64,000 nucleotides of DNA from an uncultured Candidatus Saccharibacteria bacterium (GTDB lineage: Bacteria; Patescibacteriota; Minisyncoccia; Phycocordibacterales; JACOZG01), in assembly GCA_965230925.1 (NCBI GenBank), contig OZ246403.1:138455-202454 (forward strand), written 5' to 3'. Of the stretch, positions 27,176-35,917 are shown in pieces; the stretch's first letter is position 1; the number at the start of each line of letters is the position of its first letter. A model generated the notes under the pieces. It ran no database searches. It was not told the origin of the DNA and saw nothing but the letters and a program-made list of their open reading frames with translations. Both the position numbers and the translations under genes were made by a program.

Positions 27176-28498
27176 ATGCTTACCGCGTTTAAAAAAATTG
27201 TTAGTGCGATTTTAATCTTCGAGGCGCGACTCGTCCTCGCTAAGTATCACCCGAAAGTCATCGCCGTTACCGGCAGTGTGGGAAAAACGGGAACCAAAGA
27301 AGCAGTCTATCAAGCATTGAAAAATATTTATTCCATCCGTGAGAGTGAGAAGAGCTACAATAGCGAGATCGGCCTCCCGCTCACTGTGCTCGGGGCAAAA
27401 AATGCTTGGCATGACCCCTTAGGTTGGCTTGAAGTGTTTCTCCACGGTCTTGGTCTCATTTTCCGTAAGCGAGAATACCCGAAATGGCTGGTGGTAGAAG
27501 TTGGGGTTGATCGCCCCGGCGACATGCACGCGGTAACAAAGTGGCTCAAGACCGACATTGTGATCATTACGGCGCTGCCCGAAACACCGGTGCACGTGGA
27601 ATTCTTTCCTTCTAGCGAGAGTTTGATTAGAGAAAAAAGTTTAATCTTAGAAACCTTGCGCCACGGCGGCACCGCTATTTTAAACGGCGATGATGAACGG
27701 ATTCGCCAAGTGCGCGAGTGGAAGAAAGCCAATCTCATGGCCAAAAATGTTCGCGTTTTAACCTACGGCTTCGAGACCGGCAATGACTTGCAAGTAGAAG
27801 CTATCGGCCCGCTCTACGAGGGCGAAGAGGGGAATCAGCGGCCAGCGGGCTTGAACATCAGAATTGATTATCGTGGCAATTCTCTGCCCGTTAAGCTCCC
27901 CGGAATTCTTGGTCGTCATCAAGTTTACGCCGCTCTTGCCGCCCTCTCGGTTGGCCTCGCTCGCGATCTTAATCTTATCGAAATCATTTCCTCGCTTGAG
28001 CATTACACGGCACCGCCAGGTCGCTTGCGCCTAATTGCGGGGAAGGAAAACACCACCATTCTCGACGACACCTACAACTCTTCTCCCGCGGCGCTCACGG
28101 CAGCTCTTGAGACCTTGTCCTCGTTCGAAACTGGTGGAAGAAAAATCGCGGTCTTAGGCGACATGCTAGAGCTGGGCGAACACACCGTCGCCGCCCATCG
28201 CGCGGCAGGTAAACAAGCCGCAACTTTCCTTGATCTCTTAATCACCGTGGGACCGCGGGCGAAATTTATTTCTGACGAAGCCACCAAACGAAAAATGGGC
28301 AAGCGCAAACTCCGTCACTTCGATACTATCGCGAGCGTGATCACCGAGCTCCCGCCACTTCTCAAATCTGGTGATCTCATTCTGGTGAAGGGCTCACAAG
28401 GCGTAAGAATGGAAAAAATTGTGGCCGCACTTATGGCCAATCCCGACCAACAAAACACTCTCCTCTGCCGCCAAGACCCCGAGTGGCAAAAACGCTAA
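27176..28498 (+). CDS. murF: UDP-N-acetylmuramoyl-tripeptide--D-alanyl-D-alanine ligase
   Basis: Mur ligase P-loop VTGSVGKTGTKE, central and C-terminal Mur ligase domains. Confidence 0.85.
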   Translation: MLTAFKKIVSAILIFEARLVLAKYHPKVIAVTGSVGKTGTKEAVYQALKNIYSIRESEKSYNSEIGLPLTVLGAKNAWHDPLGWLEVFLHGLGLIFRKREYPKWLVVEVGVDRPGDMHAVTKWLKTDIVIITALPETPVHVEFFPSSESLIREKSLILETLRHGGTAILNGDDERIRQVREWKKANLMAKNVRVLTYGFETGNDLQVEAIGPLYEGEEGNQRPAGLNIRIDYRGNSLPVKLPGILGRHQVYAALAALSVGLARDLNLIEIISSLEHYTAPPGRLRLIAGKENTTILDDTYNSSPAALTAALETLSSFETGGRKIAVLGDMLELGEHTVAAHRAAGKQAATFLDLLITVGPRAKFISDEATKRKMGKRKLRHFDTIASVITELPPLLKSGDLILVKGSQGVRMEKIVAALMANPDQQNTLLCRQDPEWQKR

Positions 28499-28563
28499 AG
28501 GGCTGATATAGTCAGGCAAACCAGATCTTTTCACCTTAAACCCCAAGAAAGGAGGAAACTCGG

Positions 28564-29058
28564 GTGAGTGTTTACTGGAGCAGAGAATTAGAACAACGGT
28601 TAGACCGAGCAAGACACTATACCCACCTATGGTGGGTGGGACGAGAAGTACTCCGGCGAATGCCAACCCCGGTCGTGGCTGTTTCTGGTCCCATCTCAAC
28701 CGGAGGCTTTGGTTCGATTGATGAAAATTGTCGAGCTTTTGAGTTGGCAATAAGGTATCTTGAAGGGCGGGGGCATATTGTTTTCAACCCGCTACCGTTT
28801 CAAGACAAGATGATTGAGTTCATCAAAAAATTCCAGATAAACAATCCTGGCGTGTATGATATGAGGCTCTTGGAACGATTTTACGGACCATTCTTTGATT
28901 CAGGTCTTGTTGGTGCCGTGTACTTCTTGCCCGGATGGAGAAAATCAACGGGAGCCTCATGGGAACGAGAGCGAGTGAAATTACGAAAAATCCCAATGTT
29001 CAGGTTTCCATCAAGGGCATTCAGCACAATCAAGGACCGAATTCAACGAAGCGCCTAA
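28564..29058 (+). CDS. DUF4406-like (nucleoside 2-deoxyribosyltransferase-like) domain protein
   Basis: GTG start with SD AAAGGAGG; motifs VAVSGPISTGG...NCRAFELA..GHIVFNP and YFLPGWRKSTGASWERE match the family pattern as I remember it. Confidence 0.5.
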   Translation: MSVYWSRELEQRLDRARHYTHLWWVGREVLRRMPTPVVAVSGPISTGGFGSIDENCRAFELAIRYLEGRGHIVFNPLPFQDKMIEFIKKFQINNPGVYDMRLLERFYGPFFDSGLVGAVYFLPGWRKSTGASWERERVKLRKIPMFRFPSRAFSTIKDRIQRSA

Positions 29059-29189
29059 GTAGTGTTTTCTTGGAAGAACTTAAGCAAAGCCCCGGCTGCA
29101 AACGCACCGGGGCTCCATCATCTCTGGGCTGGCAAAAAGGGTGAAAAAGTGTTAGATTTTGTCGAACATTCGCCCCGCGAATGGTTCAA

Positions 29190-29261
29190 GGCCCTATCGT
29201 CTAACGGTTAGGACGGAAGCTTCTCAAGCTTTAAATCCGGGTTCGATTCCCGGTAGGGTCA
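29190..29261 (+). tRNA. tRNA-Glu (anticodon CTC)
   Basis: Manual fold: 7-bp acceptor stem, D-arm GTCT/GGAC, anticodon loop TTCTCAA, T-arm CCGGG-TTCGATT-CCCGG, discriminator A; CCA not encoded. Confidence 0.8.
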
Positions 29262-29446
29262 CATTCAGAAACTTGGTCGATAAAAAAACCAGAATAAGGC
29301 ATAATACTTATTATTCACTTAAGCTAAAATCATGATGTACACAACAATGTTTAGCTGGTCATCACCGGTTGGGTTGGGAATTTTTATCCTCTGCCTTGGC
29401 CTCGCCGTTTACTTCTTCAGCAAGTCCAGCAAACGGTAATAGAGTT

Positions 29447-30268
29447 TTATTTTTCCAACGCAGATCTTAATGCTCGATTGTGGTCTATTTTTTGCCCACC
29501 TTTTTTCACAAACTCAAACATATCTTTAAGAAACGCTGTCATGCTGTGATTGGTAATCTCGATTGCCACTTCTTCACGCCAATTGATTAAAAGAGAGGTG
29601 TTTTTAAAAAGCCACAATTCCGCATCGTGGTTAAAGTGATTGTCAGCAAAGCAAGTGTAATCGGCCATACGTCCTTCTAAACTTTGGACAGAGTCTTGAT
29701 ATTTTTTTGGGTTAGCACTGATCTCCTGCCGATAAGCCTTATAAGCACTCGCGTTTAACATTCCTTCAATAATGAGGTGGTTTTTGATAATAGCCTTATT
29801 GAAAGCAACTAACTGAGCGGGAGTTATTTTCTCCAGAAGTTCATTATATGAACGGTGATGCTGGATACCCTTAATACGCTCGTTCTTATTCTCAGAAGCA
29901 ATACGTGCGTAAGCGGGGATAATTTCTTTAGTTCCCACGTGAATAATAAATTCATCTTCCTTGGTGGTTTTTATCCGGGCACCTTTTTGATTGGTACTGC
30001 TAGTTCTTGCCTCGTTCAAAATCAATTGCAGGTGATCTATTAACTCGTTCTCTGTTAAGGCAATGTACGATTTTCTCTTACCTTCTCGGACCACGCGCAC
30101 CAGACCTCTTTTCTCCAGAATATTAAGCCGGTAAATAATCCCGGTTCTAGAGATTCCTGCTTCTAGAACCAAATTATTGATGTTTTTGACACCAGACAAA
30201 GCCTCAAGAATCTTCTTTTCGTTGGTACTTAAACCCAAGGCTTCATATATTCGTCTCCGGGTATTCAC
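29447..30268 (-). CDS. TrmB/MarR-like winged-HTH transcriptional regulator with uncharacterised C-terminal domain
   Basis: N-terminal wHTH (ILEALSGVKNINNLVLEAGISRTGIIYRLNILEKRGLV). Confidence 0.5.
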   Translation of the reverse strand: MNTRRRIYEALGLSTNEKKILEALSGVKNINNLVLEAGISRTGIIYRLNILEKRGLVRVVREGKRKSYIALTENELIDHLQLILNEARTSSTNQKGARIKTTKEDEFIIHVGTKEIIPAYARIASENKNERIKGIQHHRSYNELLEKITPAQLVAFNKAIIKNHLIIEGMLNASAYKAYRQEISANPKKYQDSVQSLEGRMADYTCFADNHFNHDAELWLFKNTSLLINWREEVAIEITNHSMTAFLKDMFEFVKKGGQKIDHNRALRSALEK

Positions 30269-30410
30269 ACGCTAGAGCATAGTGTATAACTAATTTTTAG
30301 TCAAACCACTAAAGACAATATAGCCATATTTAGAGCCATAAACTTGTAAAATCAAACCATTTTAAATCTAGCTCTATATAACAAACTCTTTAGCTTGTAT
30401 ACTACTCGTC

Positions 30411-31535
30411 ATGAATAAAAATAAAGTCATTTGGGTGGTTGTGGTCCTCGTCCTAATTGTAGTAGCTTTTGCGGTAATAGATTCTAAAAAGCCTAGCGGT
30501 CCCGAAGGGGATTTTAAGTTGGGAATTATTGCACCTCTAACAGGAGACTTTGGGGCCGTGGGGGAAAATGTAGTTAGGGGAATGAAAACCGCTCAAGCGG
30601 TATATGAAGCAGAAACGGGAAACAAACTTGATTTAATTATCGAGAACGATGAAGCCGACGCCGCCACCGGTTTGAGCGCGTATAAAAAATTGACTGAAAT
30701 TGACGAGGTAAAAGGTCTAATCAACACCTTCACCTCTACCATGGATGCTATTTATCAGCCAGCTAAATCACTTGGTTACCCGGTAATGATGGAGTTCCTG
30801 CAAGCCAACAACGTGGCTGACGATTATGTATTCCAGATGACCCTTGGCAATGACCATGTCTGGGATCGATATGCTAAATATATTTCTCAATCAAACTTTG
30901 ATCAATCCAAGGTCGTAGTGGTTCACTCCATTGATGCTGCTCAGGCCTCATTTGCCAACACTTTCACCCCTTCATATGGCAAACCCGTGACAACAATTGT
31001 GGCTTCTTCTGATAAAAACGGCCTACGCTCTGACGCAGCAAAAATTGCGGCCTTAAAACCCACCTTGGTAATCTTCTTCATGACCCCAGAAAACGGGGCA
31101 ATCTTAACGAAAGAACTTCTACCCTTGCTTAGCTCGTCAACCAAATTGGCCTACGACATCCAGTTAACTACCGGCATGTCCTACTACCAACAGCAACTAG
31201 GCGGGAACCTTTCTAAAATTGATGGTGCCATTGCGCTCATGTTTGAGGGCGACCAGACGAGCGAAGAATATAAACAATTCTTAGCTGAATATCAGAAACT
31301 CTATCCTGGAGAACAGCCGGGCTTCTTGGCAGATTATGGCTACGACACCTTGTTAACCTACATGAACACTTACGACAAAGATAATGCTAAATGGATTCAA
31401 AACCTTAAAGATTTTAGAAGTGGAGGAGCTAGCGGGGAAGTGATGTTTGATGAAAAGGGTGTTCGCATTTCTCCGCTGGTTATCAAAACAGTCGCAAACG
31501 GCGAGCTGCAAACCACCTCAAGACTGCCGTTTTAA
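30411..31535 (+). CDS. ABC transporter substrate-binding protein, LivJ/branched-chain-amino-acid-binding (Peripla_BP_6) type
   Basis: Signal anchor, KLGIIAPLTGDFGAVGE..GLSAYKKL type I PBP fold motifs; TATACT -10 seven nt before the ATG (leaderless). Confidence 0.75.
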   Translation: MNKNKVIWVVVVLVLIVVAFAVIDSKKPSGPEGDFKLGIIAPLTGDFGAVGENVVRGMKTAQAVYEAETGNKLDLIIENDEADAATGLSAYKKLTEIDEVKGLINTFTSTMDAIYQPAKSLGYPVMMEFLQANNVADDYVFQMTLGNDHVWDRYAKYISQSNFDQSKVVVVHSIDAAQASFANTFTPSYGKPVTTIVASSDKNGLRSDAAKIAALKPTLVIFFMTPENGAILTKELLPLLSSSTKLAYDIQLTTGMSYYQQQLGGNLSKIDGAIALMFEGDQTSEEYKQFLAEYQKLYPGEQPGFLADYGYDTLLTYMNTYDKDNAKWIQNLKDFRSGGASGEVMFDEKGVRISPLVIKTVANGELQTTSRLPF

Positions 31536-31765
31536 AAAAGAAAAAACCGCCCCGAGAGTTCGAGACGGCTTCGCCACATTCTGGGCAAACACCCGAGGTG
31601 TTGCCGGTCAGGTTGTAGCCCCCGGTTCAAGATTAACTTCTTTCACCCGAGGATCAATCAGAAATGATGCAAAAAATTCTTCTCCGGCCGAGAAGGCTGT
31701 TCCTGATAAAAACATTGCTCCAAGAAGGACCGCAATCAGAAACTTCCGCATGCTATAATTCTTGC

Positions 31766-34441
31766 ATGGTGGTAAAGCGGTGGCAAGAAATGAGGCCAAA
31801 AACCCAGCCGTGGTATCGGTTGGGTGCGGCTGATGTGGCGATGAAGTTGAGCACCGACGTCAAGGTCGGCCTCGCTGGTGAAGAAATTGAGAAGCGGCGC
31901 GAGCGCTTTGGCGAAAACACTTTCAAGAAAGGGCGGGAATTATTTTTCTTCGATTTGGTTTATAAGCAGGTTAAAAGCCCCCTCGTGCTCCTACTTTTCG
32001 GCGCGGCTTTACTTACTCTCATTCTCGCTGAGTTTGCCGATGCTCTGGTTATTTTTCTTGTGGCCGCCGCCAATGTTCTCCTCGGTGCACGGCAAGAAGG
32101 GCGGGCGAGTCAAGCGTTTAAGAAAATTGCCGCCGCTCATGAGAACTTTGCTACCGTCATTCGCGGCGGCGAGAAGTTGATTGTCCGAGCCGCGGAGCTC
32201 GTGCCTGGCGACCTCGTTATCCTCTCGGCGGGCGACGTGGTCCCCGCCGACGGCCGCTTGGTGGAGACAAATAATCTCTGGATCAGCGAGGCGGCGCTCA
32301 CGGGTGAGTGGCTCTCGGTGCCCAAGGATACCGAACGCATTGCCCGCGAAGTGAGGCTCACCGAGGCCAAGAACATGGTTTGGCTTGGGACCACCATCGC
32401 CTCCGGCACCGGCCTAGTGATCATTACCGAGACCGGTGAAAAGAGTGAGATGGGAAAAATTGCAGCCACGCTCGTGGATCCTCTCGAGCAAGAAACGCCG
32501 TTCCAGCGCGAGATTAAACGACTTTCTAAGATTATCAGCATCATTATTCTTGGACTTATTGTCATTCTCGCTATAGTGGGTCTGGCTCGGGGCCTCGGCT
32601 TCGGCGAGACGTTAACCTTAAGCATTGCCATGGCCGTGGCCGCACTACCGGCCGGCCTACCTGTTGTCGTTACCATCATTCTTGCCATTGGTCTTGAGCT
32701 TATTTTGCGCCGTGGCGGCTTGGTAAAGAACTTGGTCGCCGCCGAAACTTTAGGTAGCACCACGGTTATTCTCACCGATAAAACCGGCACTCTTACCCGC
32801 GCCGAGATGACGGTCTCCACTCTTCTCACGCGCGACAATGAACTCAAAGATAATCAGAAATTACTCGAGCTTGCCCTCCGCGCCACCGATGCCTTCATTG
32901 ATAAGAGTAAGGCCGAAGTGTACCCGCCGCCACTCGTGGGTCGCCCCATCGATCGCGCCATTCTCGCTCACGCCATTGAGCAAGGAAGACTTGAGGATCA
33001 TCAAGCGCTCGTGGAAGAACGCCTCGCCTATATTCCATTTGATTCCGCCCAACGCTTCGCCGGTGTTCTCTATCAGCCACAGAAGAAAGGGGCGAAGCGA
33101 ACTTTTTCTCTCATCGGTGCGCCAGAACTCTTGCTCCAACATTCCAAATTTTATTCGCGCCTTGGTCGCAACCGAGTGCTTAAGAAAGCCGATCGCGAAT
33201 ATTTTGAAAACTATCTCGCCACCGAGGCCAAGGCTGGGGCTCGCGTGGTCGCCGTAGCCTTCAAGCAAGTTGGCTGGGATCATCTTGATCATGATCGACC
33301 AGAACTCTTGTCTGAACTCACCTTCGCTGGATTGGTGGTTCTCACTGACCCCATTCGCGAGGATGTGAGCGAGGCCATTAGTCTCGCGCGTGGCGCGGGC
33401 CTTCGAGTGATTATGGTCACGGGTGATAATGCGGCCACCGCACTCTCAGTGGCTCAAGCCACAGGCATTGTGAGCGGCGATCATAAAGTTATTCTTGGTG
33501 ATGATCTGTCTAAATTTACTGAGGAAGAACTTGATAAATCGCTTGCCGAGCATCAAGTTTTTGCCCGGCTCTTACCAGAAGATAAGTTGCGAATTCTCCG
33601 CGCTTTGCAGAAGCAAGGCGAGATTGTGGCCATGACCGGCGATGGGGTCAACGATGCCCCAACCTTGCGTCACGCCGATATTGGCCTGGCGCTCGGCTCA
33701 GGCACCGATCTCGCTAAGGAAGCGGCAGATCTCGTACTCGTCGACAACAGCTTCAATGTCATCACGGCGGCGATTGAGGAGGGGAGACGCATTTTGGATA
33801 ATCTAAAAAAGGCGACGATTTATCTCTTCTCTACCAGCTTGAGTGAGATCGTACTGGTTGGTAGTGCTCTCGTACTAGGTTTAGGCCTCCCAATTCTCCC
33901 GACCCAAATTCTCTGGACCAATGTGATCGAACAGGGCTTCATGGCCCTTGCTTTTGCGTTTGAGCCGGCTGGCGCTTATTTACTGAAACGGAATCCGCGC
34001 TCGCGCGAAATGAAAAATATTATCACCCCACCGATTCTCGTTTTCATCATCGCCCTCACCGCTCTCTCTGGTCTCATGCTCTTCGGCTTCTTCTTCTGGG
34101 CCAAGGGTTTACTCGGAGTGGAGACGGCTCGCACGCTCATGTTTATTGCCCTCTCACTCGACTCGCTCTTCCTCGTCTTCTCGCTCAAGAATCTCGATAT
34201 TCCCATTTGGAAAATTAATCCGTTCTCCAACCGTCATCTAGTTCTTGCCTTCGGCGCTAGTATCTTCGCCCTCGTTCTCGCTCTCGCTTTGCCACCATTG
34301 CGAAATTTGCTCCATCTCACCACGCCTAAGTTCTGGGAAATTATGGCAGGTATTGGCTTCGGCCTCCTTGTGCTTGGTATCGCCGAAATGGTTAAATATC
34401 TTGTCTTCAAGCGAACCATGGGACAATCAAAACATGCTTAA
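31766..34441 (+). CDS. P-type cation-transporting ATPase (type IIA/IIB Ca2+/Mg2+-like)
   Basis: DKTGTLT phosphorylation motif, TGDGVNDAP, PEGL-like region, 10 TM architecture. Start at 31766 fits the typical N-terminus and a TGcTATAAT -10 six nt upstream. Confidence 0.85.
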   Translation: MVVKRWQEMRPKTQPWYRLGAADVAMKLSTDVKVGLAGEEIEKRRERFGENTFKKGRELFFFDLVYKQVKSPLVLLLFGAALLTLILAEFADALVIFLVAAANVLLGARQEGRASQAFKKIAAAHENFATVIRGGEKLIVRAAELVPGDLVILSAGDVVPADGRLVETNNLWISEAALTGEWLSVPKDTERIAREVRLTEAKNMVWLGTTIASGTGLVIITETGEKSEMGKIAATLVDPLEQETPFQREIKRLSKIISIIILGLIVILAIVGLARGLGFGETLTLSIAMAVAALPAGLPVVVTIILAIGLELILRRGGLVKNLVAAETLGSTTVILTDKTGTLTRAEMTVSTLLTRDNELKDNQKLLELALRATDAFIDKSKAEVYPPPLVGRPIDRAILAHAIEQGRLEDHQALVEERLAYIPFDSAQRFAGVLYQPQKKGAKRTFSLIGAPELLLQHSKFYSRLGRNRVLKKADREYFENYLATEAKAGARVVAVAFKQVGWDHLDHDRPELLSELTFAGLVVLTDPIREDVSEAISLARGAGLRVIMVTGDNAATALSVAQATGIVSGDHKVILGDDLSKFTEEELDKSLAEHQVFARLLPEDKLRILRALQKQGEIVAMTGDGVNDAPTLRHADIGLALGSGTDLAKEAADLVLVDNSFNVITAAIEEGRRILDNLKKATIYLFSTSLSEIVLVGSALVLGLGLPILPTQILWTNVIEQGFMALAFAFEPAGAYLLKRNPRSREMKNIITPPILVFIIALTALSGLMLFGFFFWAKGLLGVETARTLMFIALSLDSLFLVFSLKNLDIPIWKINPFSNRHLVLAFGASIFALVLALALPPLRNLLHLTTPKFWEIMAGIGFGLLVLGIAEMVKYLVFKRTMGQSKHA

Positions 34442-35492
34442 TCTTGGCTTAATCATTGGAGGAATTCTCGGCGGCCTACTAATAGCGGGCTTAATTTTCT
34501 ATTTTTTAAAGAAGCAACAACCGGCAACTGAAGAAAATAGTGGCGCCATGACTCTTCTCCAAAACCAGCTTCACGAACTCACTCGCGTTCTCGACACCAA
34601 GCTTACCGACTCCAGCACCAAACTTCATCAATCAATGCAAACACAGGCGAGCGAGTCGAACCGGATTATCCGCGATGTCACCGAGCGGCTCACTAAGCTC
34701 GACGAGACCAATAAACAAGTCATTGGCTTCACCGATCAACTTAAGTCGCTACAAGATGTGCTTAAGAATCCGAAACAGCGGGGGATTTTGGGTGAATACT
34801 TTTTAGAAACCTTGCTCAAGAATGTTTTGCCCACCGGTAGTTACCAGATGCAATACCCATTCCGCGACGGCAATATTGTGGACGCCGCCGTCTTCGTGAA
34901 AGATAAAATTGTGCCGATTGATTCCAAATTTTCGCTCGAGAATTACAACCGTCTCACGGAAGCAAGTGACCCAAGCGAGCGCGATCGGCTCGAGAAAGTC
35001 TTCGTTAGTGATTTAAAAAACAGAATTCTTGAAACATCAAAATATATTCGTCCCGAGGAGGGGACCATGGACTTCGCCTTCATGTTTATTCCACACGAGG
35101 CAATTTATTATGATCTTTTGGTCAACAAAATTGGGGCGGTAACAGAAGATACCGAGAATCTGATCCAGCGCGCGGCAGGAAAGTATCGGGTGATTATCGT
35201 CTCACCAACATCCTTCCTCGCTTACTTACAAACCGTATTACAAGGTTTGAAAGCGTTGCAAATTGAGGAATCAGCCAAAGAAATCCGGGCGCGAGTAGAA
35301 GAATTAGGCAAACACCTCGGCGCTTATGATCAATATATGAATAAGCTCGGCAATGCCCTCGGCACCACCGTGAATCATTACAACACCGCCTATAAAGAAT
35401 TAAAAAAGGTAGACAAAGACGTGCTCCGCATCGCCGGCACCAATAACGGTATCGAAACCCTCACTATTGATAAGCCAACCTTGGAGGAATGA
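34434..35492 (+). CDS. rmuC: DNA recombination protein RmuC
   Basis: N-terminal TM, long coiled-coil, C-terminal RmuC nuclease-like domain (IVSPTSFLAYLQ). Confidence 0.8.
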   Translation: MLNLGLIIGGILGGLLIAGLIFYFLKKQQPATEENSGAMTLLQNQLHELTRVLDTKLTDSSTKLHQSMQTQASESNRIIRDVTERLTKLDETNKQVIGFTDQLKSLQDVLKNPKQRGILGEYFLETLLKNVLPTGSYQMQYPFRDGNIVDAAVFVKDKIVPIDSKFSLENYNRLTEASDPSERDRLEKVFVSDLKNRILETSKYIRPEEGTMDFAFMFIPHEAIYYDLLVNKIGAVTEDTENLIQRAAGKYRVIIVSPTSFLAYLQTVLQGLKALQIEESAKEIRARVEELGKHLGAYDQYMNKLGNALGTTVNHYNTAYKELKKVDKDVLRIAGTNNGIETLTIDKPTLEE

Positions 35493-35510
35493 AATCGCGT
35501 TTGACGCGAT

Positions 35511-35541
35511 AGAAAAAGGGAACGCCATTACTGACGTTCCC
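35511..35541 (-). terminator. rho-independent terminator for a minus-strand transcript
   Basis: gggaacg..cgttccc hairpin followed on the minus strand by TTTTTCT. Confidence 0.6.
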
Positions 35542-35568
35542 CAAACTACTACGGCACCCAGAAACTGT

Positions 35569-35769
35569 TCAGATTCCGCTACCATCCGTGTGCATGGGTG
35601 GCGGGGTTTGTGGTTTAGTCCGAAAAGTTTTCCGGACAATCACTCGACCGCATATTGCACAAGATGTATCGTTCGGTTGCTTTTGTCTCGGTTGCGGGCA
35701 TTCGCAAGATGATCCACCTCGCGCCTGCGACTTATCTGATGTCCTGGCCATTGATTCGTCGTAACTCAT
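35569..35769 (-). CDS. small zinc-ribbon-like protein (66 aa)
   Basis: Strong SD GGGAGG 5 nt upstream of the ATG; CxC...CxxC; its own terminator downstream; palindromic motif upstream. Confidence 0.4.
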   Translation of the reverse strand: MSYDESMARTSDKSQARGGSSCECPQPRQKQPNDTSCAICGRVIVRKTFRTKPQTPPPMHTDGSGI

Positions 35770-35868
35770 ACGGACCTCCCTCGTTTATCCAGCATAATGA
35801 CGATTAGCCCACTGCCAACCGCGTTCAAATCCAAATTTAGGTTACCACAAGAGGGGAATTAGTCTAGA

Positions 35869-35910
35869 TGTTCAACATCCGATGTTGAACATTCAATGTC
35901 CAACAAAAGG
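35869..35910. promoter_or_regulatory. operator-like triple half-site palindrome TGTTCAACA-tccga-TGTTGAACA-ttcaa-TGTCCAACA
   Basis: Read directly; near-identical copy at 38105-38131. Confidence 0.5.
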
Positions 35911-35917
35911 GGAGGAG

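Noticed and set aside
31608-31799. Minus-strand ORF with signal-peptide-like 47-aa product antisense to the ATPase promoter
   Set aside because: No SD and no convincing promoter, and it overlaps the ATPase -10 region in antisense. Kept only as a remote possibility.
32137-32847. 236-aa minus-strand ORF
   Set aside because: Lies entirely antisense inside the well-supported P-type ATPase gene. The product is Arg/Ser/Pro-rich as expected from antisense of GC-rich coding DNA, and there is no RBS or promoter.
35467-35712. 81-aa plus-strand ORF in the rmuC-gdh gap
   Set aside because: No RBS or promoter. It overlaps a better-supported minus-strand mini-gene (strong SD) and a minus-strand terminator.
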